Origin: Deltaproteobacteria bacterium
Lineage (GTDB): Bacteria; Myxococcota_A; Polyangia; Polyangiales; Houyiibacteriaceae
Length of the DNA: 64,000 nucleotides
Assembly: GCA_034670305.1 (NCBI GenBank)
Contig: JAXMNT010000036.1
Location: forward strand, 1 to 64,000
Direction: 5' to 3'
Made by a program: the position numbers and the translations under genes. Numbering within the stretch: position 1 is the first letter of the stretch; each line of letters begins with the position of its first letter. This document shows positions 52,644 to 64,000 of this stretch, one piece after another. The notes under the pieces are model-generated. The model did not search any database. It was not told the origin of the DNA and saw only the letters and a program-made list of their open reading frames with translations.

Positions 52644-53047
52644 GCGAGGATCGGGCAGGTCCAGGTCTCTCCCAGGCCATTCGCACGGCCGGCGGAGTCG
52701 AAGATCTCCTGGCGCCTGGACGGATCCGACGTCGCGATGCGGGCCATGAGGCCGCCGAACTCCGAGTTCTGGATTTCTTCGCGGGCCCGGTTGGCGGTGG
52801 TCATCGCGCGTTGCTGAGGATCCGACTCGGTCTCGGAGACTTCGGTCGCGATCTCGCAGAACGTGCGGATCGCAAAGCCGAGCTCCGAGGGCACTTCAGG
52901 CGGCGGAGGTTCCTCGGTGCAGCCGACCAGAAGTGCCAGGCCAGACAGCGCAGCCAAGAGCCGTCGTCCCCACCTCTGTCCAGTGCACCTCTGTCCTGTG
53001 GAAGCGTGCGGTGTTTGGGAAACGCAGCTCTGTCCCTCATGGTTCAT
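52637..53047 (-). CDS. Small hypothetical lipoprotein
   Basis: Lipobox LVGC; FC...WTCP; overlaps the stop of the DsbA-like gene; start uncertain. Confidence 0.6.
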   Translation of the reverse strand: MNHEGQSCVSQTPHASTGQRCTGQRWGRRLLAALSGLALLVGCTEEPPPPEVPSELGFAIRTFCEIATEVSETESDPQQRAMTTANRAREEIQNSEFGGLMARIATSDPSRRQEIFDSAGRANGLGETWTCPILAD

Positions 53048-54324
53048 GCTTCGACTCCCAGACGTTCTTGCAGTGCCCACAACCGGTCCTGGCCCCACGC
53101 CACGAACGCGCCCTGCCGGAAACTCGGCACGCCCCAGAGTCCGGCTTCGCTGAGCGCCTCGCGGTTCTGCTCGGCGTCGGTGCGCCACTCGGTGCAGGTC
53201 AGCGAGGCGTCGACCAGATCGGCGACCTGGGCGCGTTCGGCGACTTCGCGCAGCTCGGGGATACGGGTCAGATCCACGGCCCGCGACCAGATCGCGGCGC
53301 CAGCCTCCACCACCCACCGAAGCGCGGCGCGGTCGCCGCGTTCGGTGCGCGCCACGTAGGCGAGCGCGAGACAACGTTCGACGCCTTCACCGAGCGGGTC
53401 GCACAACCGGCCGAACGGGACCCCGAGACGTTCCGCTTCCCGCTTGGCGTCGCGCACGATGTACATGCGTTTGTCCCGCGGCACGGGCAGGCCGCGGGTG
53501 ACCATCGGGAGCACCGGCCGGAGGGAGAACGGAACCTCGGGCCGCGCGGCGACGAGTTTCTCCACTTCGGCCGCGCCAAGGTACGAGTAGGGGCTTCGGA
53601 ACGAGACGAACGCTTCCAAGGGAGCGGGCGCTGGCTCCGGTGTGAAGACGGGGACCGCGGGCAGGAGCGCCGCCGGATCCGCGTCGCGTCCGAACATCGC
53701 GCGGCACAGGTGCGGCAACCGGTCGAGGCCCCAGAACCATTCGCCCTGGTAGCGGATCATGGCGCCTTGGTAGTGCCCCGCGCGCCGCAGGTCCCGGTAG
53801 TTGCGCTCCAGGGTGGGCATCACCTGTTGGCCAGGCACGGTGCCGTGTTCGCGGACCAAAGATGCGAGGGCGTCGGAGTCGTCGAGCCACAGCGCGCGAC
53901 CGATCGCGGCAGCGACCGACAGACGTTCTTCGATGGGTCGATCGACGAGCAACACCGCGTTGGCGCGCCGGACTCGATCGGCGGCCGGCTGCACCGGGTG
54001 GTCAGGAAACTCGAACCCGTGACGCCGGGCCAAGAGCGCTGCATCCCGCCGCGCGTGTTCGACGCGTTTGATCGGTTCGGGATCCGCGTCGGCAGCGGGC
54101 GGCGGGACGAGCACCATCGAGAGCTCGACGTTGGGACCCATCAGCCGCGGGAGTGCGAGGGCGAGCAGGTGCGACCACGGGTCGTCGACCTGGTGGTAGA
54201 ACACGAGCTTGTGGCGGCCGCCACGCAGGCGCCGTTTGAGGCCCTGCCAGCCACGCGACGTGTCGCGCAGGCTGCCGAGGTACGCACCGATCGCCGCCCC
54301 CTTGAACTTCGCCCCGAGCCCCAT
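53044..54324 (-). CDS. Tandem DsbA/HCCA-isomerase (GST-kappa-like) domain protein
   Basis: FYHQVDDPWSHL..WFWGLDRL and FVSFRSPYSYL..GVPSF..WGQDRL. Confidence 0.85.
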   Translation of the reverse strand: MGLGAKFKGAAIGAYLGSLRDTSRGWQGLKRRLRGGRHKLVFYHQVDDPWSHLLALALPRLMGPNVELSMVLVPPPAADADPEPIKRVEHARRDAALLARRHGFEFPDHPVQPAADRVRRANAVLLVDRPIEERLSVAAAIGRALWLDDSDALASLVREHGTVPGQQVMPTLERNYRDLRRAGHYQGAMIRYQGEWFWGLDRLPHLCRAMFGRDADPAALLPAVPVFTPEPAPAPLEAFVSFRSPYSYLGAAEVEKLVAARPEVPFSLRPVLPMVTRGLPVPRDKRMYIVRDAKREAERLGVPFGRLCDPLGEGVERCLALAYVARTERGDRAALRWVVEAGAAIWSRAVDLTRIPELREVAERAQVADLVDASLTCTEWRTDAEQNREALSEAGLWGVPSFRQGAFVAWGQDRLWALQERLGVEA

Positions 54325-54330
54325 CGAACG

Positions 54331-57045
54331 TCAGAGACTCGGTGCGGGGGCGTGGGCCGCCGCAGCGCCGGTGGCTTCGTAGACGTCCGCGACCGCGTCC
54401 GCGAGCTTGCTCGGATCCGAACCACCCGCCTGCGCGAAGTCCGGCCGGCCGCCGCCACCGCCGCCCACGATCTTGGCGGCGCGTTTGACGAGATCGCCGG
54501 CGCGGAACTTGGAGGTCACTTCTTTCGAGACCGAACAGGCGAGGAGCGCCTTCTTGCCGTCGCCGCTCTCGGTGCCGAGCATCACGACGGCGGGCGCGAG
54601 CTGGTCGCGCAGCTTGTCCGCCATCTCGCGCAGCACGTTGCCGTCCACGCTCGGCACCATCGCGCCGAGCACCCGGACGCCGTCGACTTCTTTGGCCTCG
54701 CTCGTCAGATCGCGGCCGCCGCCGCCGCTGACCAGCTCGCGCTGAAGTCGCTCGACCTCGCGCTCGAGGTCTCGGCGGTGCGCGTCGAACTTCTGCAGGC
54801 GCGCGGGGAGCGCATCGACGGTGGTCTTGAACATGTCGCTCAAGTCCTGAAGCGCGCCGGTCTGCTGGCGCAGGAACGCGAGCGCGTTGAGCCCGGTCGA
54901 CGCTTCGATGCGCCGCACGCCCGCGGCAACGCCGTTGTCGCTCAGGATGGTGAAGAGGCCGATGTCCCCGGTGCGGAACGCATGGGTGCCGCCGCAGAGT
55001 TCCAGGCTTGGCCCGATGCGCAGCACGCGCACGACGTCGCCGTACTTCTCTTCGAAGATGCCGATGGCGCCGCGCTCTTTGGCTTCGTCCATCGGGAGCA
55101 CATCGGTGGTGATGGCGGTGTTCTCGAGCACCGCGCCGTTGACGAGGTCTTCGATGCGGCGGATCTGCGAAGCGGCGAGCGGCTTCGTCGACGAGTAGTC
55201 GAACCGCAAGCGGTCCGCGGAGACGAGCGAGCCCTTCTGGGTCGCGGTCTCGCCGAGCACCTTGCGAAGCGCCCAGTGCAAGAGATGCGTGGCGCTGTGG
55301 TTGCGGCGGGTCGCGGTGCGCGAGGCGTCGTCCACAACGAGCTTCAGCGCGTCGCCGACCGCGAGGCGTCCTTCGGTCAACGTCGCGACGTGCACCGTCA
55401 GGTCCGGTACCGGAATGAGCGCGTCGCCGATGTTCCCGCTGAACGCTTCGCCGGAGAAGGCGCCTCGGTCACCCGCCTGGCCGCCCTTCTCGCCGTAGAA
55501 CGGCGTGCGGTCGGTGACCAAGACGAACTCGGTGCCGGCTTCGACGGAGTCCACCCTCTCACCCTCGACGAGGAGCGCGGCGACCTTGGCGTCGCACTCG
55601 TCGCGGTCGTAGCCGAGGAACTTCACCGCGCCGCCGAGGGTCTCGCGGATGTCGTAGTAGACCTTCTCGGTCGCGACCGAGTCGTTGAGCTTCGAACCTT
55701 CTCGGCTCCGGGCCCGCGCTTCTTCGAGCGCTTCTTGAAAGCCCTCTTCGTCCACCACGAAGCCGGACTCTTCGCCGATGACTTCTTGCAGGTCGAACGG
55801 GAAGCCGAACGTGTCGTAGAGCTTGAACGCAACCCGGCCGGGGAGCGTCTTGGTCCCGCCGCCCGCTTCCGTGTCGCTCATCGTCCACTCGTCGTTCTCT
55901 TCGAGCAGCTTCAGTCCATCGGCGAGCGTGCGGCGGAACCCGATCTCTTCGGCGCGGGCCACGTCTTCGATGAGCGCGGCGCGTTCGACGAGCTGCGGGT
56001 AGTCTTCGCCCATCAGCTCGAACACCTTGCCGGCGCAGCGGTAGAGGAACGGCTCTTCGATCCCGAGCCGGTACCCATGACGGATGGCGCGGCGCATCAC
56101 GCGGCGCAGCACGTAGGGCGCGCCGCCCTTGTCGGGGGAGACACCTTCGCTGAGCAGGAACGCAGTGAGCCGAGCGTGGTCGGCGATGACCCGCATCGAG
56201 GTGTCGTCGGGCGCCTGGGTCTGCCCGTACTTCTTGCCGGCGATCTCTCCGGCGAGCTCCACGATCGGCCGGAGCAAATCCGTGTCGTAGTTGCTGAGCA
56301 CCTCTTGTTTGACGACCGCGAGCCGCTCGAGTCCGGCGCCGGTGTCGACGCTCGGCGCCGGCAGGTTCTTGAGCGTGCCGTCCTCTTGCCGGTCGAACTG
56401 CATGAAGACGAGGTTCCACAGCTCGAACCAGCCGCGGCCTTCGGGCGTCGGCTCTTCACCGAAGGTGGACGGGTCGACCGGGTCGACGCCGAGGCAGTAG
56501 TGGATCTCGGTGCAGGGTCCGCACGGGCCGGTGTTGCCCATGGACCAGAAGTTGTCTTTGGCGTCGCACCGTTTGATCCGGTCGTCCCCGCAGCCGGTGA
56601 CGTCCTTCCAGAGCCGCACACTCTCTTCGTCGGCCGGGCCGTAGCCTTCTTCGCCGCCGAAGACCGTGAACACGAGGCGGTTCGGATCGAGCCCGAGCGT
56701 CTTCGTGATGAACTCCCACGCGTACTCGATCGCCTGGCGCTTGAAGTAGTCGCCGAACGAGAAGTTGCCGAGCATCTCGAAGAAGGTGTGGTGCCGCGCG
56801 GTGACGCCCACGTTCTCGAGGTCGTTGTGTTTGCCGCTGATGCGGATGCACTTCTGGGAAGACGTCGCCCGGCTGTACGCGCGGGTCTCCTTGCCCGTGA
56901 ACACGTCCTTGAACGGCACCATGCCCGCGTTGACGAACATCAACGTCGGATCGTGGTCGAGCACGAGGCCCGCGCTGGCTTCGAGCGCATGTCCGCGCTG
57001 CTCGAAGAAGCCAGTAAACGCTCGGCGAATCTCCCGGGAATCCAT
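54331..57045 (-). CDS. alaS: Alanine--tRNA ligase
   Basis: NAGMVPFK, HHTFFEMLGNFSFGDYFK, DTGAGLER, HSATHLLH, ELCGGTH, GGGGRPDFAQAGG. Confidence 0.98.
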   Translation of the reverse strand: MDSREIRRAFTGFFEQRGHALEASAGLVLDHDPTLMFVNAGMVPFKDVFTGKETRAYSRATSSQKCIRISGKHNDLENVGVTARHHTFFEMLGNFSFGDYFKRQAIEYAWEFITKTLGLDPNRLVFTVFGGEEGYGPADEESVRLWKDVTGCGDDRIKRCDAKDNFWSMGNTGPCGPCTEIHYCLGVDPVDPSTFGEEPTPEGRGWFELWNLVFMQFDRQEDGTLKNLPAPSVDTGAGLERLAVVKQEVLSNYDTDLLRPIVELAGEIAGKKYGQTQAPDDTSMRVIADHARLTAFLLSEGVSPDKGGAPYVLRRVMRRAIRHGYRLGIEEPFLYRCAGKVFELMGEDYPQLVERAALIEDVARAEEIGFRRTLADGLKLLEENDEWTMSDTEAGGGTKTLPGRVAFKLYDTFGFPFDLQEVIGEESGFVVDEEGFQEALEEARARSREGSKLNDSVATEKVYYDIRETLGGAVKFLGYDRDECDAKVAALLVEGERVDSVEAGTEFVLVTDRTPFYGEKGGQAGDRGAFSGEAFSGNIGDALIPVPDLTVHVATLTEGRLAVGDALKLVVDDASRTATRRNHSATHLLHWALRKVLGETATQKGSLVSADRLRFDYSSTKPLAASQIRRIEDLVNGAVLENTAITTDVLPMDEAKERGAIGIFEEKYGDVVRVLRIGPSLELCGGTHAFRTGDIGLFTILSDNGVAAGVRRIEASTGLNALAFLRQQTGALQDLSDMFKTTVDALPARLQKFDAHRRDLEREVERLQRELVSGGGGRDLTSEAKEVDGVRVLGAMVPSVDGNVLREMADKLRDQLAPAVVMLGTESGDGKKALLACSVSKEVTSKFRAGDLVKRAAKIVGGGGGGRPDFAQAGGSDPSKLADAVADVYEATGAAAAHAPAPSL

Positions 57046-57120
57046 GTTTCCCCAGGTAGCGCCGACTCCGCCCCTTGGCTACCCGCCCCCGCGGCAAAAC
57101 GCACCCAGGTCCCGGGACGG

Positions 57121-57225
57121 GGCCGAAGCGGTGGCCGAAGCGGAAGCGGAAGCGCTTCCGCGTCCTCTACCGAATCCGCTTCTGCTACGGAACCCGCCAC
57201 CGCTACCGCCGCGACCGCTTCCCGC
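57121..57225. repeat. Degenerate (GAAGCG)n facing (CTTCCG)-like tract
   Basis: gccgaagcggaagcggaagcgcttccgcg... Confidence 0.6.
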
Positions 57226-57239
57226 TCACCCAGTCGGGC

Positions 57240-58448
57240 TCAGCTGAAGACGTAGACGAACTGTAGGACGCCGGCGACGAGGCCGAGGACGGCGCCGGCG
57301 AGGATGAGCTTCCACTCGTCCTGCTGGAAGGCGGGGCGGAGCACGCCTTCGAACTCTTCGGGCGAGAGCTGCTCCATGCGCTCGTTGATCTCGTCCTTGA
57401 TGTTCACGGCTTTGCCGGCGAACGTGTGGAGCAAGCCGCCCTCTTTGGGGAGCTCGTCCTTGATGCGCTGGGTCATCTCGAGGCGCAGGGGCTCGCGCTC
57501 CGCTTCGGGGATCATCATCGCGGCCATCGGGTGCGCGAGGTACTTCTCGATGAGCGCGGTGACGTGCACGTCCACGATGCCGAAGATCTTCTCGGCGGTC
57601 GGTCCGGTCGTCACGGTCTTCGTGATGTTGTCGGCGTTGAGGACCTTGCCGGCGGTGAGCTTGCTGAACTCGCGCGACACTTCTTTCTGTCGCTTGTGGA
57701 AGACGCCCTGGATGACGAAGGGTCCGACCTTCTTCGGCTGCTGCGGCTTGAAGATGAGCTTGAGCGCGACCCAGTTCGTGGCGTAGCCGACGAAGAACCC
57801 GGCGAGCGGGAGAACCCAGTCGAGCGGCAAGTAGACCCACACGCACATCTGGATGAGCCCGAAGAGGAACCCGAACCAGATGCCGGAGCGCTCGATGAAC
57901 TTGAACTCCTCCGAGCCGACCTGGAGGAACATCATGCTCATGAGTTCCTTGTCTTCTTCGACCGCTTCGACGACGACCCGCTCCAGGTCGAGGATGTCGG
58001 TGATGTTCGCCGAGAAGTCGTCGACGATCGCGATCGCGACGGCGCGCACCTCTTCCGAGATCTTGTCGCGCACGGTCTGCTGCATGACCTCGCCGGCGTT
58101 CTCCCACATCTGGGGGGCGCGCTTGGTCGCGACCTCGTCGATGACCTGCTCGGTGATCTCGGCGACCACCCCGTCGAGCTCGTCGGCGAAGTCGTCGCCC
58201 TTGAACTTCGAGAACAGCTCCTCGAGGCTCAACAGCCGCGTCAGGATGAGCTGCGTCGACATCTTCGCGAGCCGGCGCGCGTTGGCCGGCACGATGCCCT
58301 GCCATCCGATCGGCTTCACCCCCACGAACTCTGCGGGGTAGAACATCATCTTGATCGCGACGACGTTCGTGAACCAGCCCACGAAGGCGCTGAAGAACGG
58401 AATGAGCAGGACCAACCAGTCCGCTGCGAGTCGCTCGATAAAGCCCAC
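57240..58448 (-). CDS. DUF445 family membrane protein
   Basis: GWFTNVVAIKMMFYP..WQGIVP repeated as GYATNWVALKLIF..QG; DEWKLILAGAVLG. Confidence 0.88.
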   Translation of the reverse strand: MGFIERLAADWLVLLIPFFSAFVGWFTNVVAIKMMFYPAEFVGVKPIGWQGIVPANARRLAKMSTQLILTRLLSLEELFSKFKGDDFADELDGVVAEITEQVIDEVATKRAPQMWENAGEVMQQTVRDKISEEVRAVAIAIVDDFSANITDILDLERVVVEAVEEDKELMSMMFLQVGSEEFKFIERSGIWFGFLFGLIQMCVWVYLPLDWVLPLAGFFVGYATNWVALKLIFKPQQPKKVGPFVIQGVFHKRQKEVSREFSKLTAGKVLNADNITKTVTTGPTAEKIFGIVDVHVTALIEKYLAHPMAAMMIPEAEREPLRLEMTQRIKDELPKEGGLLHTFAGKAVNIKDEINERMEQLSPEEFEGVLRPAFQQDEWKLILAGAVLGLVAGVLQFVYVFS

Positions 58449-58634
58449 GGTCGAACGATGAATGGACGCTCAGCGGTTCGGAGTCAAGCATCGAACGCCC
58501 TGGGCCCGCGGTTTCACGGTCGCTCTGCCCCGACGTGAGCCGCGTTTCCCGAACCCTGCTGTCTGTGGGAACCGCAGCCCTGTGTTTGTCACCCCAGCGT
58601 GCTACCTCGGGGTCTCGGCGTTTCGGAGTACCTC

Positions 58635-60326
58635 ATGCTGACCTGCCTTCGCGTACACAACCTGGCCATCATCGACGAACTCGAAGTCGAGTTCGGTCCC
58701 GGCCTCAACGTGCTCACCGGGGAAACCGGGGCGGGCAAATCCATCCTCGTGACCGCCCTGCGGCTCGTGCTCGGCGGCAAGGGCCGCGCGGACATGGTGC
58801 GGACCGGCGCGACGAAAGCCGAGGTCGAAGCGCTCTTCGAGCTCGGCGACGATCCGGACCTGCGGGCCCGGCTGGAAGAGGCGGGCCTCGACGGCGGCGA
58901 AGAGCTGGTCGTGCGGCGGGTGATCCAGGCCAACGGCCGGACCCGCGCGTACATCAACGGCACGCTCGCGACCGCGACCCAGCTCAGCACCCTCGCGGCC
59001 GGGCTGGCGGACATCTCGTCCCAGCACCAGCACCACACGCTCGCCAACCCGCACTCGCACCTCAACTTCCTGGATGCCTTCGGCCGGCTGCTCGACGACC
59101 GGGCCGAGGTCAAAGCCGCCCACACGCTGCTCGTGGAAGCGGCTGCGGCGCTCGAGGAGTTGAAGCAGCGGTTCCGAGAACGCGCCGACCGCGAAGACCT
59201 GCTGCGCTACCAAGTCGGGGAGATCGACGAGGTCGCGCCGGTCGTGGACGAACGCGAAGCGCTCGAACAGGAGCGAGGCCGGCTGCGGCACGGAGAGCGG
59301 CTCGCGACCGCGGCGGCCAACGCCGAAGACGTGCTGTACGCCCGCGACCGTTCCGTCTCCGAGCAGATCGCCAAGGTGCTCACCAACGTGCGGGACGCCG
59401 CCACACTCGATGCCTCGCTCCTGCCCCACGTCGAGTCGCTCGCGGGTGCGCTCTCACTGATCGAAGACGTGGCCGCGGACCTCGGCAGTTACGCGCGCGA
59501 CGTCACCGTGAGCCCCCAGCGCCTCGCCGAAGTCGAGGAGCGGCTTCACCGGCTCCAGCACCTCGAGCGCAAGTACGGCGGCAGCCCCGAAGCGGTCCTC
59601 GAGCACCGAGCCCGGGCCGCCGAAGAACTCGAACAGCTGCAGCGCCACGAGGAGTTCTTGCTGGCCGCCGAGGAGACCCACCAAGCGGCCCTCGAACGCG
59701 CGACGAAACTCGCGCGGCAGCTCCGAAAGAAACGCACCAGCGCCGCGACCAAACTCGGCAAGGCGATCAGCGAAGAGCTGCACACGCTCGGCATGGGCGG
59801 CGCGCGGGTGGAGGTGGACCTCGCCCCGCTCGACGGGCGTGGCCCCGAAGTCGACGGCGCCCGGCTGTCTCCGACCGGCATCGACCGAGCCGAGTTTCTC
59901 ATCGCGCCGAACGAGGGCGAAAAGGCGCAGCCCTTGGCCCGAATCGCTTCGGGCGGAGAGCTCTCGCGCGCGATGCTCGCGATCAAACGGGTGCTCGCGG
60001 GCCTTGGACCGGCGGGCACCTACGTGTTCGACGAAGTCGACAGCGGCGTCGGCGGCGCGGTGGCGGAGGTCATCGGCCGCAAGCTCAAGGACGTCGCCGC
60101 GCACCACCAGGTCATCTGCATCACCCACCTGGCGCAGATCGCGGTCTTCGGCGCCGTGCACTTCCAAGTGCGCAAGCAGGTCGACGACGGCCGAACCCGC
60201 AGCGAGATCGAACGTCTGACCACGCCACAGCGGCTCGAGGAGGTGGCGCGTATGGTCGGTGGCGTGAAGATCACCAAACGCACCCGCGCCGCCGCCGCCG
60301 AAATGCTCGAACAAGCCCGCGCCTGA
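58635..60326 (+). CDS. recN: DNA repair protein RecN
   Basis: NLAII, LTGETGAGKS, ASGGELSR, FDEVDSGVGG, QVICITHLAQ. Confidence 0.97.
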   Translation: MLTCLRVHNLAIIDELEVEFGPGLNVLTGETGAGKSILVTALRLVLGGKGRADMVRTGATKAEVEALFELGDDPDLRARLEEAGLDGGEELVVRRVIQANGRTRAYINGTLATATQLSTLAAGLADISSQHQHHTLANPHSHLNFLDAFGRLLDDRAEVKAAHTLLVEAAAALEELKQRFRERADREDLLRYQVGEIDEVAPVVDEREALEQERGRLRHGERLATAAANAEDVLYARDRSVSEQIAKVLTNVRDAATLDASLLPHVESLAGALSLIEDVAADLGSYARDVTVSPQRLAEVEERLHRLQHLERKYGGSPEAVLEHRARAAEELEQLQRHEEFLLAAEETHQAALERATKLARQLRKKRTSAATKLGKAISEELHTLGMGGARVEVDLAPLDGRGPEVDGARLSPTGIDRAEFLIAPNEGEKAQPLARIASGGELSRAMLAIKRVLAGLGPAGTYVFDEVDSGVGGAVAEVIGRKLKDVAAHHQVICITHLAQIAVFGAVHFQVRKQVDDGRTRSEIERLTTPQRLEEVARMVGGVKITKRTRAAAAEMLEQARA

Positions 60327-60338
60327 AGGCCGCCGGGG

Positions 60339-60436
60339 ATTCGGATTCGGCGTCGGAGTCGGCTTCGGCTTCGGCTTCGGCTTCGGCTTCGGCTTCGGCT
60401 TCGGTTTCGGATTCGGCTTCCGCTTCGGCTTCGGCC
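60339..60436. repeat. (GGCTTC)n tract after recN
   Basis: Directly visible. Confidence 0.9.
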
Positions 60437-60472
60437 GAAGCCACCCCGGTCGCTTCTGGTAGAGTCGCGGCG

Positions 60473-62089
60473 ATGCGATCTCTAGCTCGCTCGCGTGGCT
60501 TCTGGCTCTCTCTCTTCTTGTGTGGTTTCGCGACCAACGTGCATGCCCAGCAACGGGTCGCGGTGGAACGGTTCAGCGGTCCCCAGGCCGGGCAGATCCG
60601 CAACCTCCTGGTCCAGGATCTCGAGGCGAACGGGTTCGAGGTCGTGGGTGCATCGGAGGTCCGCGACGCGTCTCGGGAGACCGTGGGCCACACCCGGCTG
60701 CGCGACGACGACTACCCGCAGGTGGCCGCCGCACTCCGCGTGGTCGCCTTCATCGATGGTTCGGTGAGGCGTGCCCGGCGCCGATGGACGCTGCGGGTCA
60801 TCGTGCGCAACGCCGCCGATGGCATGCGCATCGGCACCGAGTCGTGGGGCGGACGCACCATCGCCTCGCTGCGGGCGGTCCGGCGCAACGGCTTCACGAA
60901 ACTCGAGCCCCACCTGCAGATCGCCCGGGCACCCGCCGGTACGGCGGAGCCAGAGACAGCCCACACCGAAGCGGTGGTGGTCGATCCCAACGCCACCCCT
61001 TGGTACGCAGGCGACGGTGACGGCGAGGGCGCGGGGGAAGAAGAGGACGGGGACGAGGAGGAGGACGACGAACCCACCGACCCCACCGAGGCGGGACGGC
61101 TCGGCTACTTCAAGCTCCGGTTCGACGTGCTGCTCGGCGTCGTCAACCGATCGCTTCACACGAGCGCCCTCGTCGACCCTCGGTTTCGACGCGGCTCGGC
61201 CGGGTTCCCGACGAGCGCGGACGTGGATGGTGACGGGGACCTCGATCTCATCGAAGAGTCGCGCGAATACGACAGCCGCGGGCTCGGGCACGGCGAGCTC
61301 GGGTTCTCGCTCCAGCTGCACCCGGGCATGTTCTCCGACACGCCGGTCGTGCCCTGGCTCGGGCTCGTGCTCTCCTACCGGCACTCGGTGCTCCTCAAGT
61401 CCGAGGGCTTCTCTTGTTTGCAGGAGCTCGAGCCGCCGGCCGACAACTTCGTGACCGAACCGGGAGACCCGCCCGTTCGAAGCTGTCCGGCGACCGACAC
61501 CGTGCCGGTGGCGACGTCGCAGGACGAACTCTTCGCGGGGCTGCGCGCCGACTTCAACGCCGGCGACGATCCCGCGGGGCCGTGGATCCGCGTCGATCTC
61601 GGCTACGGCATGTTCCGGTTCAGGCTGGACCCAGACGATCTCTCCTTGCTCGACCGCACCTTGATCGTGCCGCCGATCTCCTACTCGTACATCAACGCCG
61701 GGTTCGGCGCGAAGTACGGCTTGCACGATCTCGTGTGGGCGGCCGCGCGCTTCAACTACCGGTTCGGCATCGGCGTCGGTGACGACGCACGGCGCATCTG
61801 GGGAAGCCAGACCGGCGGCGCACGCGGGTTCTTGCTCGGCGTCGACCTCGATCACCACATGAAGTACCTGAGCGAAGGCGTGCACGTGACCCTCTCGTTC
61901 GACTACTTCCGGTTCACGACCGCGTTCCGCGGCCAGGTCGCATGCGACGGGGGCAATGGCAATTGCCCCGACTACAGCCTGTGGGAACCCTGGGCGACCT
62001 TCGAGAACCAGCTCGCCGGCGGCCTGCACGACGACGTGAAGGACACTTACTTCCGCATCGGTTTGGCGATCGGTTACGAGTACAACTGA
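60473..62089 (+). CDS. Putative outer-membrane beta-barrel protein with N-terminal periplasmic alpha/beta domain
   Basis: Signal peptide VHA-Q; acidic linker; amphipathic beta-strands; ends YFRIGLAIGYEYN. Confidence 0.6.
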   Translation: MRSLARSRGFWLSLFLCGFATNVHAQQRVAVERFSGPQAGQIRNLLVQDLEANGFEVVGASEVRDASRETVGHTRLRDDDYPQVAAALRVVAFIDGSVRRARRRWTLRVIVRNAADGMRIGTESWGGRTIASLRAVRRNGFTKLEPHLQIARAPAGTAEPETAHTEAVVVDPNATPWYAGDGDGEGAGEEEDGDEEEDDEPTDPTEAGRLGYFKLRFDVLLGVVNRSLHTSALVDPRFRRGSAGFPTSADVDGDGDLDLIEESREYDSRGLGHGELGFSLQLHPGMFSDTPVVPWLGLVLSYRHSVLLKSEGFSCLQELEPPADNFVTEPGDPPVRSCPATDTVPVATSQDELFAGLRADFNAGDDPAGPWIRVDLGYGMFRFRLDPDDLSLLDRTLIVPPISYSYINAGFGAKYGLHDLVWAAARFNYRFGIGVGDDARRIWGSQTGGARGFLLGVDLDHHMKYLSEGVHVTLSFDYFRFTTAFRGQVACDGGNGNCPDYSLWEPWATFENQLAGGLHDDVKDTYFRIGLAIGYEYN

Positions 62090-62155
62090 GATCTCCGAAG
62101 GAGATCTCAGTTGTACTCGCCCTTGCCCGTGCCCTTGCCCCTGCCCTTGCCCTTG
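62077..62155 (+). terminator. Perfect 20-bp inverted repeat (C-GAA-G loop) covering the gene end, plus (CCCTTG)n tract
   Basis: cgagtacaactgagatctcc-gaa-ggagatctcagttgtactcg, then cccttgcccgtgcccttg... Confidence 0.65.
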
Positions 62156-62240
62156 GGTTGTTGGGGGTTGGAGTTGGTCGGATCGGATCGGATCGGATCC
62201 AATCCGAATCAGCGCTGCCTCACTCGCCTCAGGAACACGC

Positions 62241-62273
62241 GGGCAAGGGCACGGGCACGGGCACGGGCACGGG
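62241..62273. repeat. (GGGCAC)n tract, reading (CCCGTG)n on the kinase strand
   Basis: gggcaagggcacgggcacgggcacgggcacggg. Confidence 0.85.
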
Positions 62274-62293
62274 TAGCCTCCGCTTCGCTTCGG

Positions 62294-64000
<1,707 letters not shown>

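Noticed and set aside
52933-57255. 1440-aa plus-strand ORF, and similar long ORFs such as 15693-18710, 34907-38002 and 38074-40515
   Set aside because: These are antisense shadows of clearly recognisable genes, expected in high-GC DNA, and show no motifs.

Overview
A high-GC bacterial chromosomal segment. The gene repertoire (MYXO-CTERM-like proteins, Cys-rich lipoproteins, Ser/Thr kinases with PEGA, REC-DUF4388, DUF2330) points to Myxococcota, probably Polyangia/Sandaracinaceae-like; this is an inference. It holds about 55 CDS and one tRNA-Pro(CGG). Housekeeping genes include dtd, coaE, tldD/pmbA, bioB, rsmB, alaS and recN. There is also a wbpB/D/E-like nucleotide-sugar trio behind a thiolase, and many secreted or lipoprotein genes. 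I saw no integrase, transposase, CRISPR array or rRNA. The most notable observations are: (1) a stand-alone RNA ligase with an N-terminal tRNA-binding-type OB fold and an Rnl2-like C-terminal domain; (2) a temptin-like domain carrying a CxxCH motif, fused to EGF repeats and a MYXO-CTERM-like anchor; (3) a recurring gene-end architecture of stop codon, hairpin (often a C-GNA-G triloop, often including the gene's last codons) and an oriented (CCCTTG/CCCGTG)n tract; (4) long (GCTTCG/GCTTCC)n intergenic tracts, nearly all with this strand on +; (5) a mosaic REP/BIME-like element at 15.1-15.7 kb; (6) several apparent leaderless promoters. All calls come from reading motifs by eye; no database searches were run.
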